Assembly (NCBI GenBank): GCA_964016885.1
Contig: OZ024745.1
Span: 55,428,001 to 55,492,000 of the forward strand
Length of the DNA stretch: 64,000 nt
Reading direction: 5' to 3'
DNA from: Eledone cirrhosa
Lineage: Eukaryota
Position numbers and translations under genes: made by a program
Notes under the pieces: model-generated
The model's database searches: none
What the model was told of the DNA's origin: nothing
What the model saw: the letters and a program-made list of their open reading frames with translations, nothing else
Shown: positions 23,325 to 35,723 of the stretch, piece by piece
How positions within the stretch are numbered: the first letter of the stretch is position 1
Layout: each line of letters starts with the position of its first letter

Positions 23325-23446
23325 CATGACTTGTTCTGGATGTTGCTATATCTTTATGCATGTATGTCTGTATGTTTATATATATATATATATATGCATA
23401 CAGACATACATGCATAGAGATATAGCAACATCCAGAATAAGTCATG
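23325..23446. repeat. Palindrome with ~50-bp arms around a (TA)n centre
   Basis: CATGACTTGTTCTGGATGTTGCTATATC... and ...GATATAGCAACATCCAGAATAAGTCATG. Confidence 0.85.
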
Positions 23447-23982
23447 CTGTATTTATTCAGTTATACAGATAGCGCATATTTTTTATCTACTAAGTAAAAG
23501 TGACAGTAGCTGTTACTGTCCTAATGTTTCTAGGAAATTCGTATGCAACAAAAATTGAGATAAATATCACGCCATTTAATGCAAAATATGGATAATAGAT
23601 CTTCAGTTAAATCTGTGGTTGTTTTGTTTTAGCTATGATTGAACATGACATGTATAATCACTATATACTTCATGTTCCTCTCATACGCAGTGTAGTCGTT
23701 TGTTTTGTTTATCCACTCCTCGTATGCATATACGAATATGTTTCATTCTCTCTAACGTAACACGAATGAATATAAACATACAAATGCAGCATTGCATGAT
23801 ATACTTGGATTTCTCGGTGGTTTTAGTCGTTCCTATAGAATTACTCAAATACACTTGCGTATTACACTTGATTTATATGTGTTCATTTATGTCTTCACCA
23901 AATTTGCTTCAGAATCATATATGTAGTCGTTTTTTTTTGCATATCTCTCTTTCTATATGTATATATCTTTCTATATACATTC

Positions 23983-24761
<779 letters not shown>

Positions 24762-26672
24762 CATTTACCCTTGCAGTGTAACACGCACACATACACTACT
24801 TTTCATTTGCACACTTTTTCTCTCGTATCCATGCTCGCATCCTTACACACTCTCCCTATCTCTTGCGCTCTTTCTCTCTCACTCTGTAAATATATATGCA
24901 TATATATATATGCATATATTATATAATCATATATAAATGCTTGTACTTAACGTGTAGACAAATACACTTGTAGACGATATTAAATAGATTAATAAGTCAT
25001 GCGTATATTTATGGAAATGGAATTATTTATGTAGCTAGGAATTTGTGTTAATTTAACAAGAAGGATGGCTGATCTACGTCCACAGGAAAATATTTAGTGA
25101 AGTAAAATTGAATGATATATCTTTCCAATTACATTAATCGCTTGAAATGCCGAACTTGTATTATAAAGAAAAGATAATAATGTTTGAAAATCATACAAGC
25201 ACGGATTACACGAAACTCTTCACTAAATCCTCTCCGATTATGTCAATCTCAATATGTTTCTATGTTTGACTTACAATTTGTAACATCTAAGTTTCAGTGC
25301 AAACCAATTCGTAAGAATTTACCATCAATCTCATCAACCAATATTCTTACGCTGTAGTCCATGCAGTTCAACCAATTACTAAGATTTGTTTTCATTAATC
25401 TACTAATCACTAATTTGTCCTTAGTACAAGCACTAATATTTATTATTGAAATCCCACTTTAAACAACAAATTGATTAAATATAAAAGCCATAAAACAGTT
25501 TTCATTAACAAGAGAACATTCCCACTGTTACATCAATCCACATAGTAATTCGATCCATAAATTTTAAAAAAAGCAATAACTACTTCATGAACATCATTGA
25601 TTTTGTTTATTTTTATTTTTTATGGATTACTGGAAGAAACCTATCTGCTATTACATTTTTTTATCAGTTCAAAAATAATTAAGGAACATGTTCGACGAAG
25701 CTTTTATCATACAATTCATTAGACGATTGTTTGTATCCACTAATAGTAAACTAGACCCATTCGATGGTGCTAATTCGGGCGGCAAAACAGGTTTTGATAT
25801 TTACATATTTTAGCATATATGATTGTATTAGAGTTTACAAATATGATTTGGTAATGAGTATTCATTCAAATCAGGTGTTGCTAAGGAATGATATTCTTCA
25901 TTCACTCATGCCTCATTATTAGTGATCAAATATTAATGGACAATTCCTTTTATATGCCAGTTATATGTGCAGAAAAAATTGCAAATACCCGTATATATGG
26001 ATACAGGCATGGTTATTAAATTATAGATAAATATCATATTTAGAGAAATGAAGAATTTTAATATATACCTGTGTGCAAATTTAAAAAGGATAAAAGTTAC
26101 TGATTAAATGAAGTAATATATCTGGTAAATGACAGAGAAGAGAATTTGAAATATGAAATACATAGTAGTACATGTTTTATTTGCTGATATATTGATTTTC
26201 TTTTTGGACGGTATGTTTTTGTAGTTTTAAACTATGTTATGCACGTAAACTTACATAGTATTAAAACTTGTTATCAGGTAAAACCCAAATTAATTACATT
26301 TCGATCACGAATCTCACACAAGCTTGCAATTATTTAATTCGTTTCAACCTTCTCGAACATATTTCTGTGTATAAAAATATTTAATGATATACAGCGAACA
26401 AAGCTATGTTTTAACGACTTCACGGAGCCTGAAATATACGAATATCTGCAGATCCCCTACCAATGAAAAGCGCCAACCTCTATGATAGCACATTGGCCAA
26501 ACTCTCAAACTCTGTGTTTAGGAGTGTTATAAACATGAAGTGTTTTAAAGGTTATCTCGTCTTTCTTCATCTACGTTACTACTACTCCTCGGCTGGCATA
26601 CCTGGAAATTTTCCCATTGTACTGCCAGTTAGATTTCGTAAACGGAATCCTTTTGTACTGCCATTATATTAC

Positions 26673-27145
26673 GGCGGTGGTGGTGGATTGGCAGTATAGG
26701 TAGAGAGTCGGACGCCATGCTTTCCAGCATAGTTACGTCCCTTTGCGATCTGAGTTCAAATCCCCCCGAGGTTAACTTTGCCTTTCATCATTACGGGGTC
26801 GATAGAATAAAGTACCAGTAATGTATTGGAAAATTGCTGGCCTTGTGCCAAATGTAGAAACAATTATATTACGGCGGTGGTAGATTGGCAGTATCGGTAG
26901 AGGATCGGACGTTATGCTTTGACGCATAGAGATACGGCCCTTGCCATTCTGAATTCAAATCCCGCCGAGGTCAACTTTGTATTTCATCCTTACGGGGTCG
27001 ATAAAATAAAGTACCAGTAATGCACTAGTTAATTGCTGGCCTTGTGCCATAAAGTAGAAACAATTATATTAGTGCGGTGGATTGGCTGTATCGGTAGAGG
27101 GACGGACGCTATGCATTAACGCATAACGCATCAACAATTATATTA
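26673..27145 (+). mobile_element. Head-to-tail array of tRNA-derived SINEs (26673-26870, 26873-27070, internally deleted 27073-27145)
   Basis: Two full units with A box, B box (GTTCAAATCC / ATTCAAATCC), Deu/Nin-like core and AGAAACAATTATATT tail; the third unit keeps only head and tail. Confidence 0.92.
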
Positions 27146-27210
27146 CGGAGAAATTTAACAATTGTTTCATTCTAAAAATAATCATATTATATATAATAAT
27201 AATAATAATC

Positions 27211-29175
27211 TATGATCTACCATCACCTCCACACAAACAACTTGTTACCGGACGAACAGAAAGGATGCCGAAAGAAGTCACGTGGTACAAAGGGCCAGTT
27301 ACTTATTGATAAGATGGTAATGAGGAATTGCAAGAGGAGACACACTGGTCTTGCCATGGGATGGATAGACTACAAAAAGGCATTTGACATGGTGCCTCAT
27401 TCTTGGATCACCAAAAGCCTGGAGATCTTCAAGGTGGCAGATAACATCAGACAGTTGTTGGTCAAAAGTATGAAGTCCTAGGAAACAGAGTTAACATCAA
27501 CTGGAGAATCCTTGGGAAGCGTGAAGATCAAGAGAGGTATCGTCCAGGGTGATAGTCTGTCCCCTCTGTTGTTTGTCCTTGCCCTGATGCCCCTGACCAG
27601 TGTACTGCGAAAAGTGAGAGCAGGATACAGGTTGGGAAAGGGAGGGCTTACCATCAATCACCTCCTCTTCATGGACGATCTTAAGCTCTTCGGGAAGAGT
27701 GAGAAGGAGTTGGATGTGCTTTCCGTATTTTCAGCAATGATATATGTATCCAATTTGGTATTAGTAAGTGTGGAGTCATTGTGATGAGGAGGTGTAAGTT
27801 GAGCAGAAGTAACGGAATTCAGATACCAACAGGTGAGATGATAAAAGAAATTGACTCTGATGAAGGATACAAGTATTTGGGCGTTCTGGAGGCTGATGAC
27901 ATCAAGAACAAAAAAATGAAGGAATTGATAAGAACTGAATACCTTCGGAGAGTAAGGAGCGTATTAAAGTCACATCTGAACAGTAGGAATGCCATAAGTG
28001 CAGTAAATTCCCGAGCTGTGTCTGTTGTTAGGTACAGTGCGGGAATTCTGAGATGGAATGTTGCTGAACAAAAAGAAATGGATAGGAAGAATAGGAAGCT
28101 ATTGACTATCTACAATATGTTCCACAAGAGGAGTGATGTCGATAGACTCTACTTAAGGAGATCTGAGGGTGGAAGAGGTCTTATCAGCATAGAGGACTGT
28201 GTTCAGATGGAGAAAAACAACCTACACAAATACGTGACTGATAGTAAGGAGCCAATGCTCAGAACTGTACTGAAGGAGGGGACAATAGGCCAGGGGATGT
28301 CCAAGGAGGAAATAACATCAAGGAGAAAGAGCAGCCTTCAGGAAAAATCCCTTCATAGTACCTTCTTTGAGAAAACTGAATTTAGAGATTCACAGACATG
28401 GAACTGGTTGAAAAGAGGAGACCTTAAAAAGGCTACAGAAGGAATGTTTATGGCTGCGCAGGAGCAGGCCCTCAAAGCGAAGTGGTTGAAACACCACATT
28501 TACAAGGAGGAGGCTAGCCCACTGTGCAGGATCTGTGGAGAGAGAGAGGAGACTGTGGCTCACATTGTATCCGAGTGTAAACACCTAGCCCAGACTCACT
28601 ATTAGGGCTGGAGACATGATGTGATGGGCAGGGTGATCCACTGGCACCTATGCAAAGTAAACAATTTACCACATTCTGAGAAGTGGTATGAGCATAAGCC
28701 AGAGGCGGTGATAGAAAACGATCAGGTGAAGGTGCTGTGGGATTTTAGGATACAGACGGACAAGAAACTGGAACACAATAGACCTGAACTGGTGGTTTTG
28801 GACAAAGAAAAAAGATCGTGCCTGATTGTGGATGTGGCCTGCCCATTCGACACGAGAGTGCAAGAGAAGGGGAGGAGAAAATTAACCGATACCAGGACTT
28901 AAAGTGGGAGGTAAAAAGGATTTGGAACTGCTATGAAGTCAAAGTGATCCCGATTGTCATAGGCGCACTAGGGACTATCTCAAAAAGTTTCCAGGGATGG
29001 TTAAAGAAAATTGGCCCCTTCACGCTTTTTGGAACGCTTCAAAAGGCATGTTTGCTGGGAACAGCAAGAACCATCCGATACGTCCTGAATATCTGAGGCT
29101 GCAGGTAGTGGCTTGATATTCATCTCAACAAACTTTCCAGTTAACTAACATCAATGACTGAGACTCAAGGAGTAA
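27211..29175 (+). mobile_element. 5'-truncated R4/Dong-type non-LTR retrotransposon (RT + CCHC + restriction-like endonuclease), disrupted
   Basis: [68 protein letters not shown]. Stops at 27479 and 28603 plus frameshifts. (TAA)n on both sides. Confidence 0.92.
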
Positions 29176-30199
29176 TAACAATATAATAATAATAATAAAT
29201 GTGAAGACTAATATCAAAAGAGGGCTCGAAAAGGAAAAATATATCAAATATATAATAACCATAGAGCAAATATTTATTAAAATAACAGATTAAAGTTTAA
29301 GCAAAGAATCGCTGCTTTCACTCATAACGGGATCTTTTGAAATTAAAAAAATCAATCTGTGAACGCAGAAGTAAATATTTCGAAAAACGTTACAACCGAA
29401 GGAAAACAGGAAGACGATACTTTGGTTCGTGAAGACTTTCCCTGGCAATGAATGGAAAAAAGCGAAGATAATACGTGTATGGTGTAAATGGAGTCGTAGA
29501 CTAATATTCTATTTAGGAAACCGAATGATTCTCAGTTTCATAGTTAAGAATAATGTAAATAAATTAGTAGAACGAAAATGACAGAGGTTATTAAAATCAT
29601 AAAAGTAATATTAATTAAATATATACATACTCGCATCTATATACGTACATACACGTGCATACGCAAAAACACCCGCCATGCATGCATATACATACGTACA
29701 TATAAACACGCGCGCACATACATAAACCCGTGCGCACATACGAACGTATACACCAAATACACATTAACAAATACATATATATATGTGTTTGTGTGCGTAT
29801 ATATACATATAATTATATGAGCGTATATAAATATACACACATAAATACGTATATAACGTACACATACACATACCTACAGGTAAATAGACATATGTTCACC
29901 AAATCTACGTCAGCCAAAACACAATGCACACATATACACACCTTACCTACGTGCAAATACGCCTTACACACACACACACAATTTACACATATACACATAA
30001 CCAGTATATATATATGTATATATACTGGTTATGTGTATATGTAACAAATATACACCTATAACAGTATATATAATAAAAATACACCTATAACAAATACAAG
30101 CGAAAGTATACGTACCTTCACAAAACATACGGGTAAGGTATACTACCTATACAAATAAGAAATGGTATAAACATAAATTATACTTAGCTACCACATCAA

Positions 30200-32030
30200 G
30201 ACATAAATTAACCGCGTATTGCTCGTACTATCCGTTATGGTATAACGTGGGACTGTAATACAGGAACGTTTTATGCAATTTGTGCTAACAAGCCGATGTT
30301 GCCTCAGATTTTTGTTTAAGATGTGATCATTGGCGTAGAGTATTTTCAGGGCTTCAGTGGCGTAAACATCGCATGGTCTTTTATTTTCGTTATTCGATCT
30401 AGCTTTACTACGATCTCCCAGTTTAACCTATATTGAGTGTGGTTGTCTTTTAGACTCCAGATAAGAGCTGAAAGTGACGTCATATTCGTTGTTAAAGGGT
30501 TAAGAAAAGAATGGGTGTGCATGTAAAGACGCTGCTTAAATCTATTGGCGGTTAACCCTATGTAGGCTCTAGTAGACGTGGGTGTTTCGACCTTACATTT
30601 GTAGACAATGCTAATGGAGAGGCATTTCCCGGATAGAGGGCAGTCAACTTGATGCCTACAATTACAGTTAGTACTAGCTACAGGGTTGCACGTGTTCCTA
30701 CGGCTAGGTAATTTAGCTAAATTTGAAACAGTGATGTTATATGCAATGTTAGGAGTCGTAGAGTAAGATATTTTAATGGTATTTCTATTAAAAATATTAT
30801 TATATTTATGTGCTGAGGTGAAATGCTTCTTAATAAAGGAGAGAAAGATCTAATGGAGTGGCCACCTCCATATTATATGGTGGGTTATACCATATAATAC
30901 GTTACTTCGGGATCTATTTTTCCTTGGTTTATGCTCATACTTAGTATATGTTACCTCATCGACAAATCCACTCAGAGTAGGAGCTTCATTGTAATATGTG
31001 GAATGGTCGGTGCAAATATTCTCGTTTGTAGATAGACCGGAAAGCCTCTAAGAAACGTTTCTTACCAGCTTCTTGGTAATATTGGCAGGATGGTTAGAAT
31101 GCTTACTGATGTACTTAAGCGTATCATTCGGATTTCTATACGGGTCGTGCAAACCATTCGACAATTTGAGGGTAACGGAGCTAATTAACGACCAAGACTT
31201 TGGCCTTTAAAGAAGGCTGTGACTTCATTTTTAAACCTGTCGCAAGCGCGTGGACAGCACCTTGTCATGGTCAAAAGACGGTCATCGTGGTACAAACCAC
31301 CGCCCATATTGGAGAATTCTTCCTTGATAGAGAAAACAAGGAAAAGGCCGATAAGATCTGTAACCTCCGCCGAATCGCTGGCGCCCATACTCGCGTCGAA
31401 TGGGGTACTATTATATTTTTTTTATCCTAATAGAGTCGTCGAAATTAATCACCGACTTACGGGCATTGAGGCTGACATTAACTTCGAAATCCTTAACAAC
31501 CGTGAGCGTTTTAGCGAAATTGATAGCTCTAAGAATAAGTGGTAAATTGATGCAGGAGTAGTAGTTATTGATGTCGAATTGGATAAAACGGCAATGTTCC
31601 TTGTTGCATATGCCATTGAACCAATCAATCACAGCGAAAGAATTATTCCACACTAAAAGAGGGGCGAAGCTTCTAATTTCAGGCATAATTCTATCTAAAG
31701 ACCTTTTACTAAGTCTACCTAAATCAGACTTCGTACAGTTAATTAGCCGAATAAAGGGGTTGTTGTCGAAATTGGATTTGTGATCCTTCATGGAAAACTG
31801 GGGAGAAATAGGGTCCAGAGGTTCAGTCTGGTCCTGGATGTTGAGTTCAGAAGTGATTTTAAACCCAGCATCGTTGATGTCATTAATGCCACTCCGATTG
31901 GTTTTCCGGTAATCCTTAGTACAAGATTATGTAGCAGCTGATGGTAAGTATTGCGGTCCACTTGATATACATTACCAGTTTTGTCGGGATGGACGTGAGC
32001 GGCATTAGAATCCTTAATAGAATTCGTTCT
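30200..32030 (-). mobile_element. Decayed Penelope-like element (RT + GIY-YIG endonuclease), Naiad-like
   Basis: FIQFDINNYYSCI, MGASDSAEVTDLIGLFL, GLYHDD (YRDD-like). Hand translation at ~30500-30670 gives CNCRHQVDCPLSGKCLSISIVYKC..RAYIGLTANRFKQR. Confidence 0.88.
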
Positions 32031-32034
32031 ATAT

Positions 32035-32129
32035 ATATGTAACGAAGGAAGTGTGTTTCGACGGCTATTTCAGCCCAGAAATAGCCGTTGAAAAGGCTTG
32101 AACTCTGCCTTTGGGGTCCTGAACCTTTT

Positions 32130-32132
<3 letters not shown>
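32035..32132. repeat. Family F hammerhead-half fragment abutting the Penelope-like element
   Basis: GACGGCTATTTC/GAAATAGCCGTT-GAAA-AGGC..GCCT-TT-GGGGTC, homologous to 22810-22900. Confidence 0.6.
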
Positions 32133-32182
<50 letters not shown>

Positions 32183-32240
32183 AACGAATGATTACCTATA
32201 ACGATAACTGGTTATCCCATGTATATATATATATATATAC

Positions 32241-32625
32241 AATGATATAAAATAAATGGAAACTATATTTATAAAACCATATTTATTATATCATATATAT
32301 TTCAAGGGTACCAAAATACTTTGGTACGCTTTCATCAGTTAAAATACAAAGAGTGTTTTATAAATTTTGACATAGCCAAGGAAAATCATACCTTATCAGT
32401 TGAATATTCCCTGGGTAGTCAACTGATAAGGTATAATTTTAATGTATGATAAGGTATAATATTCAACTGATAAGGTATGGTTTTCCTTGGCTATGTCAAA
32501 ATTTATAAGACACTCTTTGTATTTTGTCTGATGAAAGCGTACCAAAGTCTTTTGGTACCCTTGAAATATATATAATAGAATAAATATGGTTTTATAAATA
32601 TAGTTTCCATTTATTTAATATTATT
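32241..32625. repeat. Inverted pair (~165-bp arms) of family C hammerhead repeats
   Basis: ~32241-32408 is the reverse complement of ~32458-32625. The minus-strand motif at 32284-32346 has a non-cleavable AUG triplet. Confidence 0.88.
32520..32582 (+). ncRNA. Type I hammerhead motif, family C
   Basis: TATTTTGT-CTGATGA-AAGcGTACCAAA..TTTGGTACcCTT-GAAA-TATATA-TA-ATAGAATA; AUA triplet. Confidence 0.82.
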
Positions 32626-32773
32626 GATTATTTACTCCAGAAAAACTGTCGAATACTCTGAATCAGTTATAAACATTTATATTTGTTCGATTTCCAACAA
32701 ATTAAATATCCCTTCTACATATATATATATATATATATAATATTTTTAGAAGTGAAAGGATCTCTAATTTCTC

Positions 32774-32855
32774 AACAACTACTGAGGAGCAGAGAAACGT
32801 GAGAGCTTCACTTAATAAGTCGTTGCCGAACAGTCTCCAGTAATGTCTAGTTGTT
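32774..32855 (+). ncRNA. Degenerate hammerhead motif, family D, copy 1
   Basis: AACAACTA-CTGAGGA-GCA..TGC-cGAA-CAGT..aaTG-TC-TAGTTGTT; the GAAA is damaged. Confidence 0.65.
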
Positions 32856-33292
32856 ACCAGGCGTTTTGCCCAATATAGGTCTGTTATTCTTCTTAATGTT
32901 TCTTAATTTATTATTTAAAATTAAGGATAACAAACCATATTGCTGTAGTTAGTATTTTTTCACCCTAGCAAATTTGGTCCTTACGATTCGATCACATGTA
33001 TGTTTATATTAGTGTTCATCTCTCTTGTTTCTTAAATTATATTGCACGGCTCGGAAAAGCTTTTTTCTTAGAGCTATTTAATTGTAAGAGACTACTCTGA
33101 GTTCTTAACTCAATATATATTTGTCGGCTCCATCGTGTAGAGCTAATTTTTAATGTCCTATTAGCCAGGCTGCTATTTTTAGCGGCAGGGAATTTCAAGA
33201 CAAGCTGGGTTCCGAACGACACGTGCGATAATTCATATCGTACACAATTCATTCTCTAACATTTTTAGAAGTGAAAGGATCAATAATTTCAC

Positions 33293-33360
33293 AATAACTA
33301 ATGAGGAGAACTTCACTTAATAAGTCGTTGCGAAACAGTCTCCAATACTGTCTAGTTGTT
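33293..33360 (+). ncRNA. Degenerate hammerhead motif, family D, copy 2
   Basis: AATAACTA-aTGAGGA-..GC-GAAA-CAGT-ctccaat-ACTG-TC-TAGTTGTT; C3 is mutated. Confidence 0.65.
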
Positions 33361-33560
33361 ACCAGGCGTTTTGCCCAATATAGGTCTGTTATTTTTCTTA
33401 ATGTTTCTTAATTTAATATTTAAAGTTAAGAATAACAAACCATATTGCTGTAGTTAGTATGTTTTCACCCTAGCAAATTTGGTCCTCACGATTCGAACAC
33501 ATCTATGTTTATATTAGTGTTCATCTCTCTTGTTTATTAAATTATATATATATATATATA

Positions 33561-33595
<35 letters not shown>

Positions 33596-33608
33596 GTGTA
33601 TTTATTTG

Positions 33609-33699
<91 letters not shown>

Positions 33700-33847
33700 A
33701 GATACTATTTATAACTATGTATATACTAAACTATAAACAACTATAAACAGGGAAGGTGAGTAATTTATTACTTCCTTATTACCAGTAAGAGAAACAGCTC
33801 AATTTAAGAACATCAGTTGTTTTACAGAGCAGTAAACTTGATTACAG

Positions 33848-34649
33848 AAGTTATGTTTAAAACATTTAATCGCTGACAATTGTTTCTTCCAAACTTAAGC
33901 TTGGAATTCTCGGAGCATTACTAATGTTTGTACATATAATTAAACACCTATTCAACTGATGAATCATACAGATACATATGTACTGATGTTGTGGGCAACT
34001 CTAATCCATAAATATGGATTAAATAACACCAAGTTACAATCCATTACTATAACAAACATTCAATACAAATATAACTTAACATATGTAATGGATGTGAAAC
34101 CTGTAACTTTCATATTTTTCACACATACAAATTTGAACTATACAGTAAATATCATCGCATTGCACCCTCCATAATACACTAACATATTCGCTTATAGTGC
34201 TTGTATTTCATGTAATACCTTGCCATACTGTACTCACATATGCATGATACATTTGCTTGTTCCATTCCTTTATATATGACTAACGCATGTAGTATCTCTT
34301 TAATTTAATTATTAGACTATTCTCTTGTATTATCTGTCGCATGTATTCCACTCTTTGCTTTTAATTTTAATTTTTATTTTTAATTTTAATTTTAATTTTA
34401 ATTTTAATTTTAATTTTAATTTTAATCTTAATTTTAATTATTGTACAATTCTCGTATAATATATGTCACATCCATTCCACCCTGTAAACATGAGACTGTT
34501 CTCCACAACATCAATATATATGTATCTGTATGATTCTTCAGTTGAATAGGAGGTTAATTATATGTACAAACATTAATAATGCTCCGAGGACTCCAAGCTT
34601 AAGTTTGGAAGAAACAATTGTCAGCGATTAAATGTTTTAAACATAACTT
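33848..34649. repeat. Inverted pair (~145-bp arms, 33848-33995 / 34502-34649) carrying family E hammerhead-like motifs
   Basis: Arms are reverse complements, with motifs at 33867-33920 (-) and 34577-34630 (+). The spacer includes (TTTTAA)n. Confidence 0.82.
34577..34630 (+). ncRNA. Hammerhead-like motif, family E (core CCGAGGA)
   Basis: TAATGCT-CCGAGGA-cTCCAAGC ttaa GTTTGGAa-GAAA-CAATTG-TC-AGCgATTA. Confidence 0.65.
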
Positions 34650-35251
34650 TGATACTTGTGTAATATATATATATATATATATATATACATGGATTGTGTG
34701 TGTATGTAGAAGTGCATTCGATTTTGTTCATACATATTCTATGTTGTGAATCTTTTGTTCATAGGGAGACCAACAGATTAGTATTCACATCGAGGGAGAT
34801 CAAATGTGAATAGAAAGCTCTTGGTACATGGAATTTCTGGAAATATAATTTGTAAGGATTCATGAACAAAATCCTGCGGACCATACCAAATTATATTTTA
34901 TAAAATCGCTCTAGCGTATGTTGAATTGATATTTACGTATGCAATTCATATTATTTGGGATCTTAAGACTTACAACCAACTTACAAAAGTGTTTAATACT
35001 GTTTCAGCACAGCATCATTTACTCACACACACTGTACACACACTTGCACATGCACACTCACACACACATACATACACATACACACACATACACACACACA
35101 CTCACACGCACACACACACATGCAATACACATAATGTTAGCTTACACGTCCAGAAACAGGAGGTCTTGGTTTGACTCCCATATACGAGAGAACCCATCTT
35201 TTCCCGTTCAACGTGTACATAAACCCCATTATTAGACTATATTATTTACTA

Positions 35252-35606
35252 GCATAGTTACGTCCCTTTATGATCTGAGTTCAAAATCCGCCGAGGTTAA
35301 CTTTGTCTTTCATCCTTACGGGTTGCTTAAAATAAAGTACCAGTAATACACTGTGATAATTGCTGGCCTTGTGCCTAAAGTAGAAACAATTATTTAGTCT
35401 AAAGGGCGGTAGATTAGCAGTATCGGTAGAGGGTCGGACACCATGCTTTGAAGCATAGCGTTACCGTCCTTTATGATCTGAGTTCAAATCCCGCCGAGGT
35501 TAACTTTGCCTTTCATTCTTACGGAGTCGAAAAATTAAAGTACCAGTAATGCACTGGGATAATTGCTGGCCTTGTGCCAAAAGTAGAAACAATTATTTAG
35601 TCTAAA
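35252..35606 (+). mobile_element. Tandem pair of tRNA-derived SINEs (5'-truncated copy plus full copy)
   Basis: B box, core and tail occur twice; both copies end CAATTATTTAGTCTAAA. Confidence 0.9.
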
Positions 35607-35689
35607 ATGTTACAGCGTAGCTTCTATTTTTATTTAATATATTTATATGTATATACAGAGAGAGAGAAAGATTGTGTGTGTGTGTATGT

Positions 35690-35723
<34 letters not shown>

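Larger units (their letters stand above)
32742..33548 (+). mobile_element. Family D element: two ~290-bp direct repeats, each with a hammerhead motif, around a ~220-bp spacer
   Basis: 32742-33040 matches 33261-33548; (TA)n flanks. Confidence 0.82.

Noticed and set aside
26673-26770. tRNA-like A/B boxes
   Set aside because: These are SINE heads without a full cloverleaf, not tRNA genes.
26673-27145. Regularly spaced repeats suggestive of a CRISPR-like array
   Set aside because: Units are ~200-bp SINEs without unique spacers, in eukaryotic DNA with no cas genes.
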